Positions 10,920 through 20,011 of a stretch of 32,000 nt of DNA are shown piece by piece. The translations under genes were made by a program, and so were the position numbers. The notes under the pieces were generated by a model, which was given only the letters and a program-made list of their open reading frames with translations, did no database searches and was not told the DNA's origin. The number at the start of each line of letters is the position of its first letter. The stretch's first letter is position 1. The stretch covers positions 69,481-101,480 of the forward strand of contig JAGYKL010000009.1 of the NCBI GenBank assembly GCA_018401705.1, given 5' to 3'. The stretch comes from Bacteroidia bacterium (lineage in GTDB: Bacteria > Bacteroidota > Bacteroidia > M30B66).

Positions 10920-11498
10920 ATGCAAGAAACGTACACTCAAAACAAAACTTTCGATAGGATCGACTTCTCAAAACCCACTAATAAAAGGCGAATACGAAAA
11001 AAAACTGCATTTTTAACAGTTGCAATTTTGCTGATAGTAATCTTGATGGATTTAAATTCATTGAATGTGAATTCAATGGATGCAATCTTTAGTTTAGTGA
11101 GATTAAGCAAAACGGCATTTCAAGAATCAAAATTTATTGATTGCAAAATGTTGGGCCTTCGCTTCGATACATGCAATGAGTTTGGGCCTTTTCGTTTGAG
11201 AACTGCCAACTTAATCACTCCTCCTTCTATAAAACAAAAAATCAAAACAGACGGTTTTCAAAGATTCACGATTGCTTGAGGCTGACTTTAGCGAGTGTGA
11301 TTTGACAAGTGCTTTATTTGAAAATTGCGATTTTGCAGGTGCTACTTTGATTTCACGAACCTCGAGAAAGCTGGATTTCCGCACATCATATAAATTATTC
11401 AATTGATCCGTAATCAAATCGAATTAAGAAAGCCAGGTTTTCAATCTCAGGCATTTCGGGACTACTCGATAAATATGAATATTGAAGTAGAAAAATAA
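10920..11498 (+). pseudogene. pentapeptide-repeat protein, multiply frameshifted
   Basis: Pentapeptide-type segments are spread over all three + frames, including FIECEFNGCNL, LSKTAFQESKFIDCKMLGLRFDTCNEFG, FSFENCQLNHSSFYKT, LEADFSECDLTSALFENCDFAGA and SISGISGLLDKYEIEVEK. Several frame switches coincide with A or T runs. A TAACTTTG (-7-like) motif lies at 10869-10876. Confidence 0.65.
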
Positions 11499-11624
11499 CG
11501 AAAGACTTCTATCAGCTCAAAACTGCTTCAATTTTATCAATAATGAGCACTTCATCATATGTATTTAGAAACATCATACAAAGAATTCTAAACCTCTCTA
11601 GCCAACATCTGTTACCTTTGCAGC

Positions 11625-12225
11625 ATGCAAACCTATCCATCTAAATTATTAGAAGATGCAGTTAATGAGATGTCATCTCTTCCTGGTATTGGAAGAAAAC
11701 GGCTCTAAGGTTAGTTTTGCATTTGTTAAAAAGAGAAGCTTCTGATGTAGAACGCTTTTCATCTTCTTCCTCAAACTTCGCAATGAACTACATTACTGCA
11801 AGCTTTGCTTTAATATTTCAGACTCTGGAAACTTGCGATATATGCAGTGATTCTAACCGCGACTCTCATATAATTTTGCGTGGTTGAAGACATAAAGAGA
11901 TGTGATGGCTATAGAAAACACAAGGCAATTCAGAGGTGTATATCATGTTCTTGGCGGAATTATTTCACTAATGGATGGCACTGGCCCTGCAGACCTTAAT
12001 ATTGAAAGCCTTGTAAACAGAACTATGGATGAGTCTGTTGAAGAAGTCATCATGGCTTTGAGTTCTACCATGGAAGGAGACACAACTAACTTCTACATCT
12101 ACCGAAGGTGAAAGATTTACCCATCAGAGTGCACGCTGGCAAGAGGGGTTTCTGTGGGTGATGAGCTAGAATACACTGACGAAATTACCTTGGGCAGATC
12201 AATTTTAAACAGAACCCCTTTCTGA
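11625..12225 (+). pseudogene. recR: recombination protein RecR, frameshifted
   Basis: MQTYPSKLLEDAVNEMSSLPGIGRK then a premature stop. RecR continues in other frames: LVLHLLKREASDVE, the Cys-rich zinc-finger region, and Toprim [25 protein letters not shown]...[16 protein letters not shown] (ORF 11902-12111). The C-terminal [23 protein letters not shown] ends at TGA 12223-12225. A TACCTTTG -7-like motif lies at 11613-11620. Confidence 0.8.
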
Positions 12226-12240
12226 CCAAACCTTGCAACG

Positions 12241-13096
12241 ATGAGCACCCTTGAAAAATATCTCATTATTTATCGCTTGTTAAATTTAGCCACTGTTTTT
12301 GCATTGCCTTTTGCAATCATTGGTTTTTTTCTGGGAATTGAAGCGCTTGGTTCATCACCCGATTGACCATCTTTATTAAAATAGTTCTTTGTATGGTCTT
12401 CGCAAGAAGCGCCTATGGGCTTCAACAGATATATAGATCGGAAATTTGACGAAAAAAACGAACGAACTGCAGTTCGTGAAACCCTTCAGGAATAATATCT
12501 CCATCAAAATGCACTTGCATTTGTGATTATTATGAGTCTTGCTTTATTGGTACAACAGCATTTATCAATCCAATTATGTTTTGCCCTTTCTCCGGTTGCC
12601 CTGGCAGTGGTTTTGGGTTATAGCTATACAAAGCGTTTCACCTGGCTTTGTCATATTGTGCTTGGTTTAGGTTTAGCTCGCTCCTATTGGTGCTTATCTT
12701 GCAGTGACCGGCGCATTTGATGCTGCCGCTGTACTTCTCTTTCCTGTGCTTTTTTGGACTGCAGGGGTTTGATGTGATTTATGCTTTGCAGGATGAGGAT
12801 TTGGATAGAAACGAGCAGCTGCATAGCATACCCGTTTGGTTGGGAAAGAAAAAGGCTCTTGAACCTTTCCTCTGCTTTGCATGCATTAACAGCAGCTTTT
12901 TTTATTTATGGCAGGACGAGAAGGCGGATTTGAATGTTCTATTTTATTGGACTTTCGGTTTTTCTAATCCTGGTTTATCAGCATAGCATTGTAAAACCTA
13001 ACGATTTAAGTCGAGTGAACTCGCTTTGGCACAACTAACGGCATCGCCAGTGTTGTGTTCGCGGTTTTCTTCCTTTTGGAATATTTCCAACCCTAA
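12241..13096 (+). pseudogene. UbiA-family polyprenyltransferase, frameshifted
   Basis: The N-terminal membrane segment from ATG 12241 stops after about 40 codons. UbiA-like pieces continue in other frames, including the [18 protein letters not shown] piece of ORF 12523-12720 and [27 protein letters not shown] in 12717-12986. The reconstructed C-terminus ends at TAA 13094-13096. Confidence 0.65.
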
Positions 13097-13106
13097 CCAA
13101 GAACTT

Positions 13107-13270
13107 ATCAAAGTCGGTCTGAGAGAGGAGCTTGTCGAAGACCGGCATTAACATATCAAAGTCGGTCTGAGCTTGTTGAAGACCGGCATTAACATATCAA
13201 AGTCGGTCTGAGCTTGTCGAAGACCGGCATTAACATATCAAAGTCGGTCTGGAGCTTGTCGAAGACCGAT
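13107..13270. repeat. 41-bp tandem hairpin-repeat array (about 4 copies)
   Basis: The unit is ATCAAAGTCGGTCTGAGCTTGTCGAAGACCGGCATTAACAT. Copies lie at 13107-13154 (with a 7-nt insertion), 13155-13195, 13196-13236 and 13237-13270 (truncated). The hairpin GTCGGTCT-GAGCTTGTCGA-AGACCGGC occurs at 13113-13146, 13161-13187 and 13202-13228. The array lies between convergent gene ends. Confidence 0.9.
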
Positions 13271-13283
13271 CAACTCCAACACA

Positions 13284-14514
13284 TTATTCTGGCTTAATAC
13301 CAACTCTTCCTAGGTAGCCCAAAAGCCGAGACCCTGATTTTACATAAATATGTTGGTTTTCTTCAGAATACAATCCTGCCCACTGGTGGTAAACATACTG
13401 TGAAGGACCTCCACTTAAAGCCTGGAATCTCAATTCCAAATTGAAAACCATTGTGACCGGAGAAAGTCACATCAATATCTTATGGTCAGTTGTAACTTGC
13501 TTATTCCAATGTGAAGGATCATGTGACAAAAGCAATTTAACTGGAACATCAGGCATTCCGGCTTTAGCCTTTTAGAATATCTCCTTTCTTTGGAAAATTT
13601 AAAGCTCCACCCCAATTTTCAACTCCTATTAAGCCAATTTTTTCGCCGCCTTTTTCAAGTATACGATGCTCATTTAAAAGTAAATCCCAGCCCATTTCCT
13701 TGTGAATTTCCTTCAACCTGTCAAGGTTTGCTTTCTTAGCTTCTTCAGTTTCCCAAACTACATAATCGCCGTAATCGTGATTTCCAAGAATAGAAAAAAC
13801 TCCAAGCGGAGCTTGTAACTTCTTCCATATGTTAATATGCGGCTCTGCTTCTGATGAACGATCATTCACTAAGTCGCCCGTAAAGAAAATCACATCCGGC
13901 TTTTCAGCCATAATCATCTCAACAGCCCTTTCAAATGAGCTCCCATTGTAAAATGAACCACTGTGTACATCAGAAATCTGAACGATTTTTAATCCCTCAA
14001 ACGCAGATGGCAGATTTGGTAAAACCACACTTTTTCTTCGCACTTTAAAGTCGAATGCTGTTTTAACCATACCATAAATCATTGTGCTTAAAGGTATTGC
14101 AGCTACGCCCAAAGCTGTATAGCTTAAAAACTTAGCTCTGCTAATGCCATCTTCACCTCCGCCGGAGCCAATTCCTAAATTGAAGAAATGTCCTGACCAA
14201 CGCACCAGTCTTTGTAAATCATCTACCAATAAAAACAGGCTTCCTACAATTTTACTAAGCACCAAAATAAAAATCAAACAAAACACATACTGATAAATGT
14301 ATTTCGAAAACAGTGGGTCATTCCATGTAATCATTGAAAATGCCCCAAAAGCAAGCGAAAAAATTGTTATTCCCCAATAAATTCTAGATGCCAAAACCTG
14401 TCTCGACAACGTCCAGTCGGATGTTACCGTTTTGATAGATTGGAAAAAGTAAAAGTCAATCAACAGCAGAATGCCGAAGAAAATCAGAAATCGAATGAGC
14501 ATGAATGTCGCCAA
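13284..14514 (-). pseudogene. membrane-anchored calcineurin-like metallophosphoesterase with frameshifted 3' end
   Basis: The intact ORF 13564-14514 has N-terminal TM segments and the motifs ISDVHSG, TGDLVND and GNHDYGD. Downstream, homology continues in other frames (LLLSHDPSHW, the DVTFSGH piece, FQFGIEIPGFKW, GRVGIKPE) to TAA at 13284-13286. Confidence 0.65.
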
Positions 14515-14570
14515 TGTGGTTGTGTTGTCAGGTCTTAGTCAAATGGCATGCAATTCGACTAAAGCCAAGT

Positions 14571-15371
14571 ATGGAGGATAATGAACACACAAAAGTACCA
14601 TTAAGTTCGCGACCTTATCGACCGTCAACGTTAATAAATCAGGATATTAAAGATGAAATTGCAGTTGAGCGACGTAAAGTCATATTCAGTGCCATTTTTG
14701 CAGGTGCACTTGTTGCTGTTCTTTGGATAGTTAAATTATACGAATACGTTTTTCATTGGAATACACGCATGATGGGTTTAAGGCCCAGATCAAGCGAAGG
14801 TCTATTAGGAATTTTAACAGAACCGCTGGTTCACGGCGATATGAATCATCTTATCTCAAATTCAGTTCCTCTATTCCTGCTTATGATGGCCATCATTTAT
14901 TTTTACCGTGGGGTAGCTTTTAGAGTATTTGGCTGGATTTGGATTCTCACCGGCATTGGTGTGTGGATTTTCGCTCGCGGACATCTGCATATTGGCGCCT
15001 CCGGCGTGGTGTATGGCCTAGCGACTTTTCTGGCTTTCAGCGGATTTATGCGCAATGACACCAGGCTCATGTCAATCTCTCTTCTGGTTGTTTTTCTTTA
15101 TGGCGGAATGGTTTGGGGTGTTTTGCCCCTATTTCAGCATATTTCCTGGGAATCTCACCTCATGGGTGCATTGGCAGGAGTGTTTTGCGCTATTAAATAT
15201 CGGCACGAAGGGCCACAACAAAAGAAGTATTTTGAAGATGAGGATGATGAAGAAGAAAGTTTCGGCTTGCCGCCGGATGAAAACTCCGGAACTCACTCAA
15301 CGTTGCCTCATTACGGAGGAATTCAATATCACTATCTCCCGAAAGAAGATAAGAACGAATCAAAGTCATAA
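14571..15371 (+). CDS. rhomboid-family intramembrane serine protease
   Basis: Catalytic GASGVVYG serine motif and a downstream His (ESHLMGALAG) in a multi-TM protein. ATG 14571 is preferred over ORF start 14505, which overlaps the divergent gene start. The C-terminal tail is acidic. Confidence 0.8.
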   Translation: MEDNEHTKVPLSSRPYRPSTLINQDIKDEIAVERRKVIFSAIFAGALVAVLWIVKLYEYVFHWNTRMMGLRPRSSEGLLGILTEPLVHGDMNHLISNSVPLFLLMMAIIYFYRGVAFRVFGWIWILTGIGVWIFARGHLHIGASGVVYGLATFLAFSGFMRNDTRLMSISLLVVFLYGGMVWGVLPLFQHISWESHLMGALAGVFCAIKYRHEGPQQKKYFEDEDDEEESFGLPPDENSGTHSTLPHYGGIQYHYLPKEDKNESKS

Positions 15372-15380
15372 CTTCGCCGC

Positions 15381-17255
15381 GTGAATTTTGTACAGGTTGA
15401 AGGACTAACGAAATCCTATGGAGAGCGTGTCCTGTTTGAGAATATTAGTTTCGGACTGCAATTGGGTCAGAAAACGGCTTTGGTAGCAAAGAATGGTGCG
15501 GGCAAATCAACGCTGCTTCGCATCATGATGGATAAAGATGTTGCCGATGCCGGACAAGTGGTTTTCAGAAACGATTGTGTGGTGGCTTACCTCGATCAAA
15601 ACCCCGATTTCAATCCTGAAGATACAATTCGTGAAGCCGTATTCGCCTGGAAAGACCCGAGGATTGACGCAATTAGAGAGTATGAATTAATTCTTGAACA
15701 AGCAGAATCGCCCGAAAGAAATGAGCAGTTAGAGATTATCACCCGCCGGGTGGATGAACTCAAAGCTTGGGATACAGAAGCTAAAGTGAAGGAAATCCTT
15801 GGCAAACTTAGTATTCACGACCTCAACCAAAAAATGGGAGTTTTATCGGGTGGACAAAGAAAGCGAGTAGCTTTAGCTGCATTGCTTATTCGCGAACCCG
15901 ACATCATGCTGCTCGATGAACCAACCAACCACCTCGATATTGATATGATTGAGTGGCTCGAAGGCTGGTTAAGTCAGAAGAATCATACCCTTTTGATGGT
16001 AACTCACGACCGTTACTTTCTAGATAAAGTTTGCAACGATATTATTGAACTAGATCGAAACACAATCCAGAGATATAAAGGCAATTACGCATATTATCTT
16101 GAAAAAAAGGAAGCGGCACGAGAAGCGTTTAATTCAGAAGTAGGAAAAGCAAGAAACTTGTATTCGAAAGAACTAGAATGGATGCGTCGAATGCCGAAAG
16201 CCCGCGGCACTAAAGCTAAAGCAAGGATTGAACAGTTTTACGATACTAAGGAAAAAGCTTCTCAAAGAATTCAAGATGACAAAGTTGAGCTAAGCGTTAA
16301 AATGAATCGCTTGGGAGGTAAAATTCTCGAACTCATCAAAATATCTAAGTCATACGATGATAATTTGCTCATTAACCCTTTCACATATACTTTTAAAAAG
16401 GGTGAGAAGATTGGTATTGTTGGCAAGAATGGCTGCGGAAAATCAACATTCTTAAAAATCATCATGAGTCAGCTTGAATCTGATACCGGAAAAGTGGTGG
16501 TTGGCGATACTGTTATTTTTGGATATTACTCTCAGGATGGAATGAATCTCGCCGATGATAAGCGAGTAATAGAAGTAATAAAAGATGTTGCCGACGTTAT
16601 TCCTTTGGCCGATGGCCGGAATTTAACTGCATCTCAGTTGTTGCAACTGTTTCTTTTTCCACCTCAAATGCAATATACGCCGGTTGGCAAACTTAGCGGT
16701 GGAGAGAAACGAAGATTGTACTTGCTTACGGTTTTAATGAAGAATCCAAACTTCCTTATTCTCGATGAGCCGACGAACGACCTCGATATTCAAACACTCA
16801 ACATCCTTCAGGATTTTCTTGAAAATTTTGGCGGCTGTGTATTGATTGTGTCTCACGACAGGTTCTTTATGGATGCTTTAGCCGATCACCTTTTTGTTTT
16901 CGAAGGCCAAGGAGTTATTCGTGATTATAATGGTAATTATACTGATTACCGCTTAGAGCGGGATGAGGAAGAAAAACAGCAAAAAGCACAACAAACTCTT
17001 GAAAAGGAAACTGTAAAAAAGCACGAAAAGCCCAAAAGCAAACCCAGCTTCAAAGATGTTCATGCTTACGAGCAGCTTGAAAAAGAAATCCCTCAAATCG
17101 AGAAAAAAATTGAGGAACTCAGCGCAAAAATGAATGAAGGAATTTCTGACCATGAGAAACTCATGGAGATTTCTGAAGAAGTAGCAAGGTTAACTAAGGA
17201 GCTCGAACTAAAAAGCAATCAATGGCTGGAACTTGCAGAGAAGCTCGATGCCTGA
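15381..17255 (+). CDS. ABC-F family ATPase (Uup-like, no membrane domain)
   Basis: Two cassettes are present: AKNGAGKST / LSGGQRKRVALA / LLDEPTNHLD, and GKNGCGKST / LSGGEKRRLYL / LILDEPTNDLD. A K/E-rich C-terminal coiled coil follows. GTG start. Confidence 0.85.
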   Translation: MNFVQVEGLTKSYGERVLFENISFGLQLGQKTALVAKNGAGKSTLLRIMMDKDVADAGQVVFRNDCVVAYLDQNPDFNPEDTIREAVFAWKDPRIDAIREYELILEQAESPERNEQLEIITRRVDELKAWDTEAKVKEILGKLSIHDLNQKMGVLSGGQRKRVALAALLIREPDIMLLDEPTNHLDIDMIEWLEGWLSQKNHTLLMVTHDRYFLDKVCNDIIELDRNTIQRYKGNYAYYLEKKEAAREAFNSEVGKARNLYSKELEWMRRMPKARGTKAKARIEQFYDTKEKASQRIQDDKVELSVKMNRLGGKILELIKISKSYDDNLLINPFTYTFKKGEKIGIVGKNGCGKSTFLKIIMSQLESDTGKVVVGDTVIFGYYSQDGMNLADDKRVIEVIKDVADVIPLADGRNLTASQLLQLFLFPPQMQYTPVGKLSGGEKRRLYLLTVLMKNPNFLILDEPTNDLDIQTLNILQDFLENFGGCVLIVSHDRFFMDALADHLFVFEGQGVIRDYNGNYTDYRLERDEEEKQQKAQQTLEKETVKKHEKPKSKPSFKDVHAYEQLEKEIPQIEKKIEELSAKMNEGISDHEKLMEISEEVARLTKELELKSNQWLELAEKLDA

Positions 17256-17666
17256 TTAAGCATTTTCAATCACAATGGTTTTCGCTATTTGATCGTGAAG
17301 CCCTTGCCTTTTCAAAGTAAATAGAACCATTACGCAACCAAAACCCGCAAGAAAAAACGAAAGCAATCTGCTCATGTAACGAATACTTGCTCTCGGGAAA
17401 CTTATTCTCTTCCCACGTTCAGTGGTAACTTTTATTCCTAATAATTGCTTTCCTAAAGTTCCTCCTTTATAGCTGCTCTCGAGTGCGGCGCTGTATACAT
17501 AATAAAAAAGAAAGAAGATTCCATTATTAACCCAGTGAAAATCATCATTTCCTGCAGGCTTTCCGGTTACTGCGTAAGCCAAGGCTCCCGACAGAATTGC
17601 AAATAAAGTCCAGTCGATTAAAGTTGCCAATACTCGTTTCCAAAAGCTAGCATATTTCATTGGCAC
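17256..17666 (-). CDS. RDD-family membrane protein
   Basis: 136 aa. N-terminal FWKRVLATLIDWTLF plus internal and C-terminal hydrophobic segments and a LHD motif are typical of RDD domain proteins. Its stop abuts the ABC-F stop. Confidence 0.65.
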   Translation of the reverse strand: MPMKYASFWKRVLATLIDWTLFAILSGALAYAVTGKPAGNDDFHWVNNGIFFLFYYVYSAALESSYKGGTLGKQLLGIKVTTERGKRISFPRASIRYMSRLLSFFLAGFGCVMVLFTLKRQGLHDQIAKTIVIENA

Positions 17667-17786
17667 AGGATTGGGTAAAGCACAAAAGTAAGAATAACAA
17701 AGCCTCGGTGTGGAATACCCAGCCTTAACTTATTTACACAATCGTTAACAACTAATTATTTCATAATATTGATTATTCATTCTGTT

Positions 17787-18821
17787 ATGATAAGAATCAT
17801 TTCTGCCCTTTTCATGCTTCTATTGATTTTACCGTCATGTAGAACATCAGTAGCATATTCAGGCCTAAGACCTGCAGATATTTCACTTCCTGCTGATATA
17901 AAATCAGTAGTACTCGTAAACCGATACAAAGCCGACCGTCGAAACAGCTGGATGAATATTGTTGAAGGAATTTTTACTGGCGAAATGCTTTTTGCCGACA
18001 GGCGCGGTGTTGAATTTACTCTTTCTAGCTTGCAACAGCGCTTAATGAATGGTCCCAAATACCAAGTTGTTATTGCTAATGAGCAACTTACAGGCACAGG
18101 TACAGGAATGCTTCCTCCTCCTATATCTCAACCCGACGTTCAACGTTTGCTGTCAAACCATAATGCGCAAGCTGTAATTGCCATTGAGGCATTCGATTCA
18201 GACATAGCTGTTAGAACGGAGCCTCGAGAAAGAAAACGCACAGTTAACGGCAAAGAGGTGATGGAACAATACTTCGAGGCTTTTGAGGTAGTAAGAATAA
18301 CTATTGGTTGGAGAATCTATGGAATGACTGGCTCTGTGATAGACCAACATCAAATGACAAGTACACGCACTTTTAATGCTAGAGGCAACACACCCGCCTT
18401 AGCTCAGTCTAATTTGCTTTTCCCTATGGATGCTATCATGCAAACCGGAACCTTGGCGGGTGATGCCTATGGTGTTAGAATAGCTCCTTCATGGGTATCA
18501 TACAGAAGAACTATCTATTCAAAAGCTTCCGGCACAGCCGGGATGAAAAAAGCCCGTCGCATGGCTCAGCGAGGCGACTGGCAAGAAGCTTCAGCTATTT
18601 GGGAAAGATTAAGCCGGTCTGACGACAGTCGCGTTGCTAAGCGAGCTACCTACAATAGAGCCGTTGCTGCAGAAATGGAAGGCGATTTTGATACTGCTCT
18701 TCTCTGGGCCAGAAAAGCAGCTAACCAATACGGACTTAGAGAAGCCGACCAATATATCAGAACTCTAAATTTTAGACTTGGTGAACTCCAGCGACTAGAT
18801 CAACAAATGGGAGATGAATAG
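17787..18821 (+). CDS. hypothetical lipoprotein with TPR-like C-terminal helices
   Basis: From ATG 17787: MIRIISALFMLLLILPSC, a signal peptide with a lipobox Cys at residue 18. The C-terminus (RGDWQEASAIWERL...YNRAVAAEMEGDFDTALLWARKAA) looks TPR-like. No family was recognised confidently. Confidence 0.6.
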   Translation: MIRIISALFMLLLILPSCRTSVAYSGLRPADISLPADIKSVVLVNRYKADRRNSWMNIVEGIFTGEMLFADRRGVEFTLSSLQQRLMNGPKYQVVIANEQLTGTGTGMLPPPISQPDVQRLLSNHNAQAVIAIEAFDSDIAVRTEPRERKRTVNGKEVMEQYFEAFEVVRITIGWRIYGMTGSVIDQHQMTSTRTFNARGNTPALAQSNLLFPMDAIMQTGTLAGDAYGVRIAPSWVSYRRTIYSKASGTAGMKKARRMAQRGDWQEASAIWERLSRSDDSRVAKRATYNRAVAAEMEGDFDTALLWARKAANQYGLREADQYIRTLNFRLGELQRLDQQMGDE

Positions 18822-18930
18822 GAAATGAGCAAGCTTGATTGATTCAAAAAACTCCTATGTCAATCCCCTATTTCCCTTCCAGTGATTCATTACCTTGCAA
18901 CAATTTTTAAAATTTACTGTTGCTCATCAC

Positions 18931-19957
18931 ATGCAATCACCAAGTACCGGAGTTTTACTACTCCAATTAGGAACCCCAGATAGTCCCAGCACCGCTGATG
19001 TTAGAAAATATCTTCGTCAATTTTTGATGGATGCCAGGGTCATTGATGTGCCTTATTTACTTAGACAAGTTCTTGTAAATGGCATCATCGCCAATTTCAG
19101 AGCACCAAAATCAGCCAAGTTGTACAAGGAAATTTGGACTGAAGAAGGTTCACCTTTATTGATTTATGGCAAAAGCCTACAAAAGCATTTGCAATCGCGC
19201 TTAGGCGATTCACATATCGTTGAACTGGGAATGCGTTATCAATCGCCAGATATGCTCCTCGCTCTTGAGAAATTCAGAAAGCTTAAGCTCAAAGAGGTAA
19301 TTCTAATGCCGCTTTATCCGCAGTTTGCTTCTTCAAGTACCGGTTCATCTTTACAACAAGCTTACGAAACAATTGCCAAATGGGAAGTAATCCCCGAAAC
19401 ACATGCCGTTTCGTCTTATTTCGACCATCCCGATTACATTAAACTTTGGACTGACAAAGGCAAAGCCATGATGGACGGAAACTTCGATGCTTTTGTCTTC
19501 ACATTCCACGGAGTTCCGTGGAGGCATATTCGCAAAACCGAATGCGGAGGAAACTGCCAGGACGGACCTAAAGAATGTGCTCCTATCAGTCAACAAAACA
19601 GAGTTTGCTATAGAGCTCAGTGTTTTGCAAATGCAAGAGCGGTAAGAGACCAAATCGGGTTACCTGAAAAGATACCTATATCACTTTTCAATCAAGATTA
19701 GGCAAAGATCCTTGGCTTACTCCTTACACAGATGAAACTTTCATTCGCCTTGCGAAGGAAGGCAAAAAACGCATTTTAGTATTCTCTCCATCTTTCACAG
19801 CCGATTGCCTCGAAACCATTCATGAAGTTGGAGCTGAATACAATGAGCTATTTCAAGAACATGGTGGAGAAAAACTGGTGCTCGTACCAAGTATGAATGA
19901 AGATGCAGGCTGGATTGATTTTCTTGAAAATTCGATTCGAACAAAATCGACTTTGTA
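18931..19957 (+). pseudogene. hemH: ferrochelatase with a single frameshift near 19665-19680
   Basis: From ATG 18931: GVLLLQLGTPDSPSTADVRKYLRQFLMD..., PLYPQFASSSTGS, FTFHGVP. The ORF stops at 19701. The conserved continuation TFQSRLGKDPWLTPYTDETF...FSPSFTADCLETIHEV... reads in a shifted frame to TAA 19955-19957. Confidence 0.8.
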
Positions 19958-20011
19958 AGAGATTTTATTCACAATTATACCTAATATAGCCAACTAACGT
20001 TATTCGGGCGC

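Noticed and set aside
10182-10957. Six overlapping ORFs of 69-94 aa on both strands (e.g. 10182-10415, 10223-10501, 10246-10509, 10521-10805) with repetitive LSSKVLLSLS or SSAGLYSTSS peptides
   Set aside because: These are translations of the tandem repeat in several frames and on both strands at once. They lack starts with plausible context and show no protein-like composition.
19655-19705. Programmed ribosomal frameshift in hemH
   Set aside because: There is no slippery heptamer or downstream structure at the shift point. Other indel-type disruptions in the window make a simple indel, real or artefactual, the more economical explanation.
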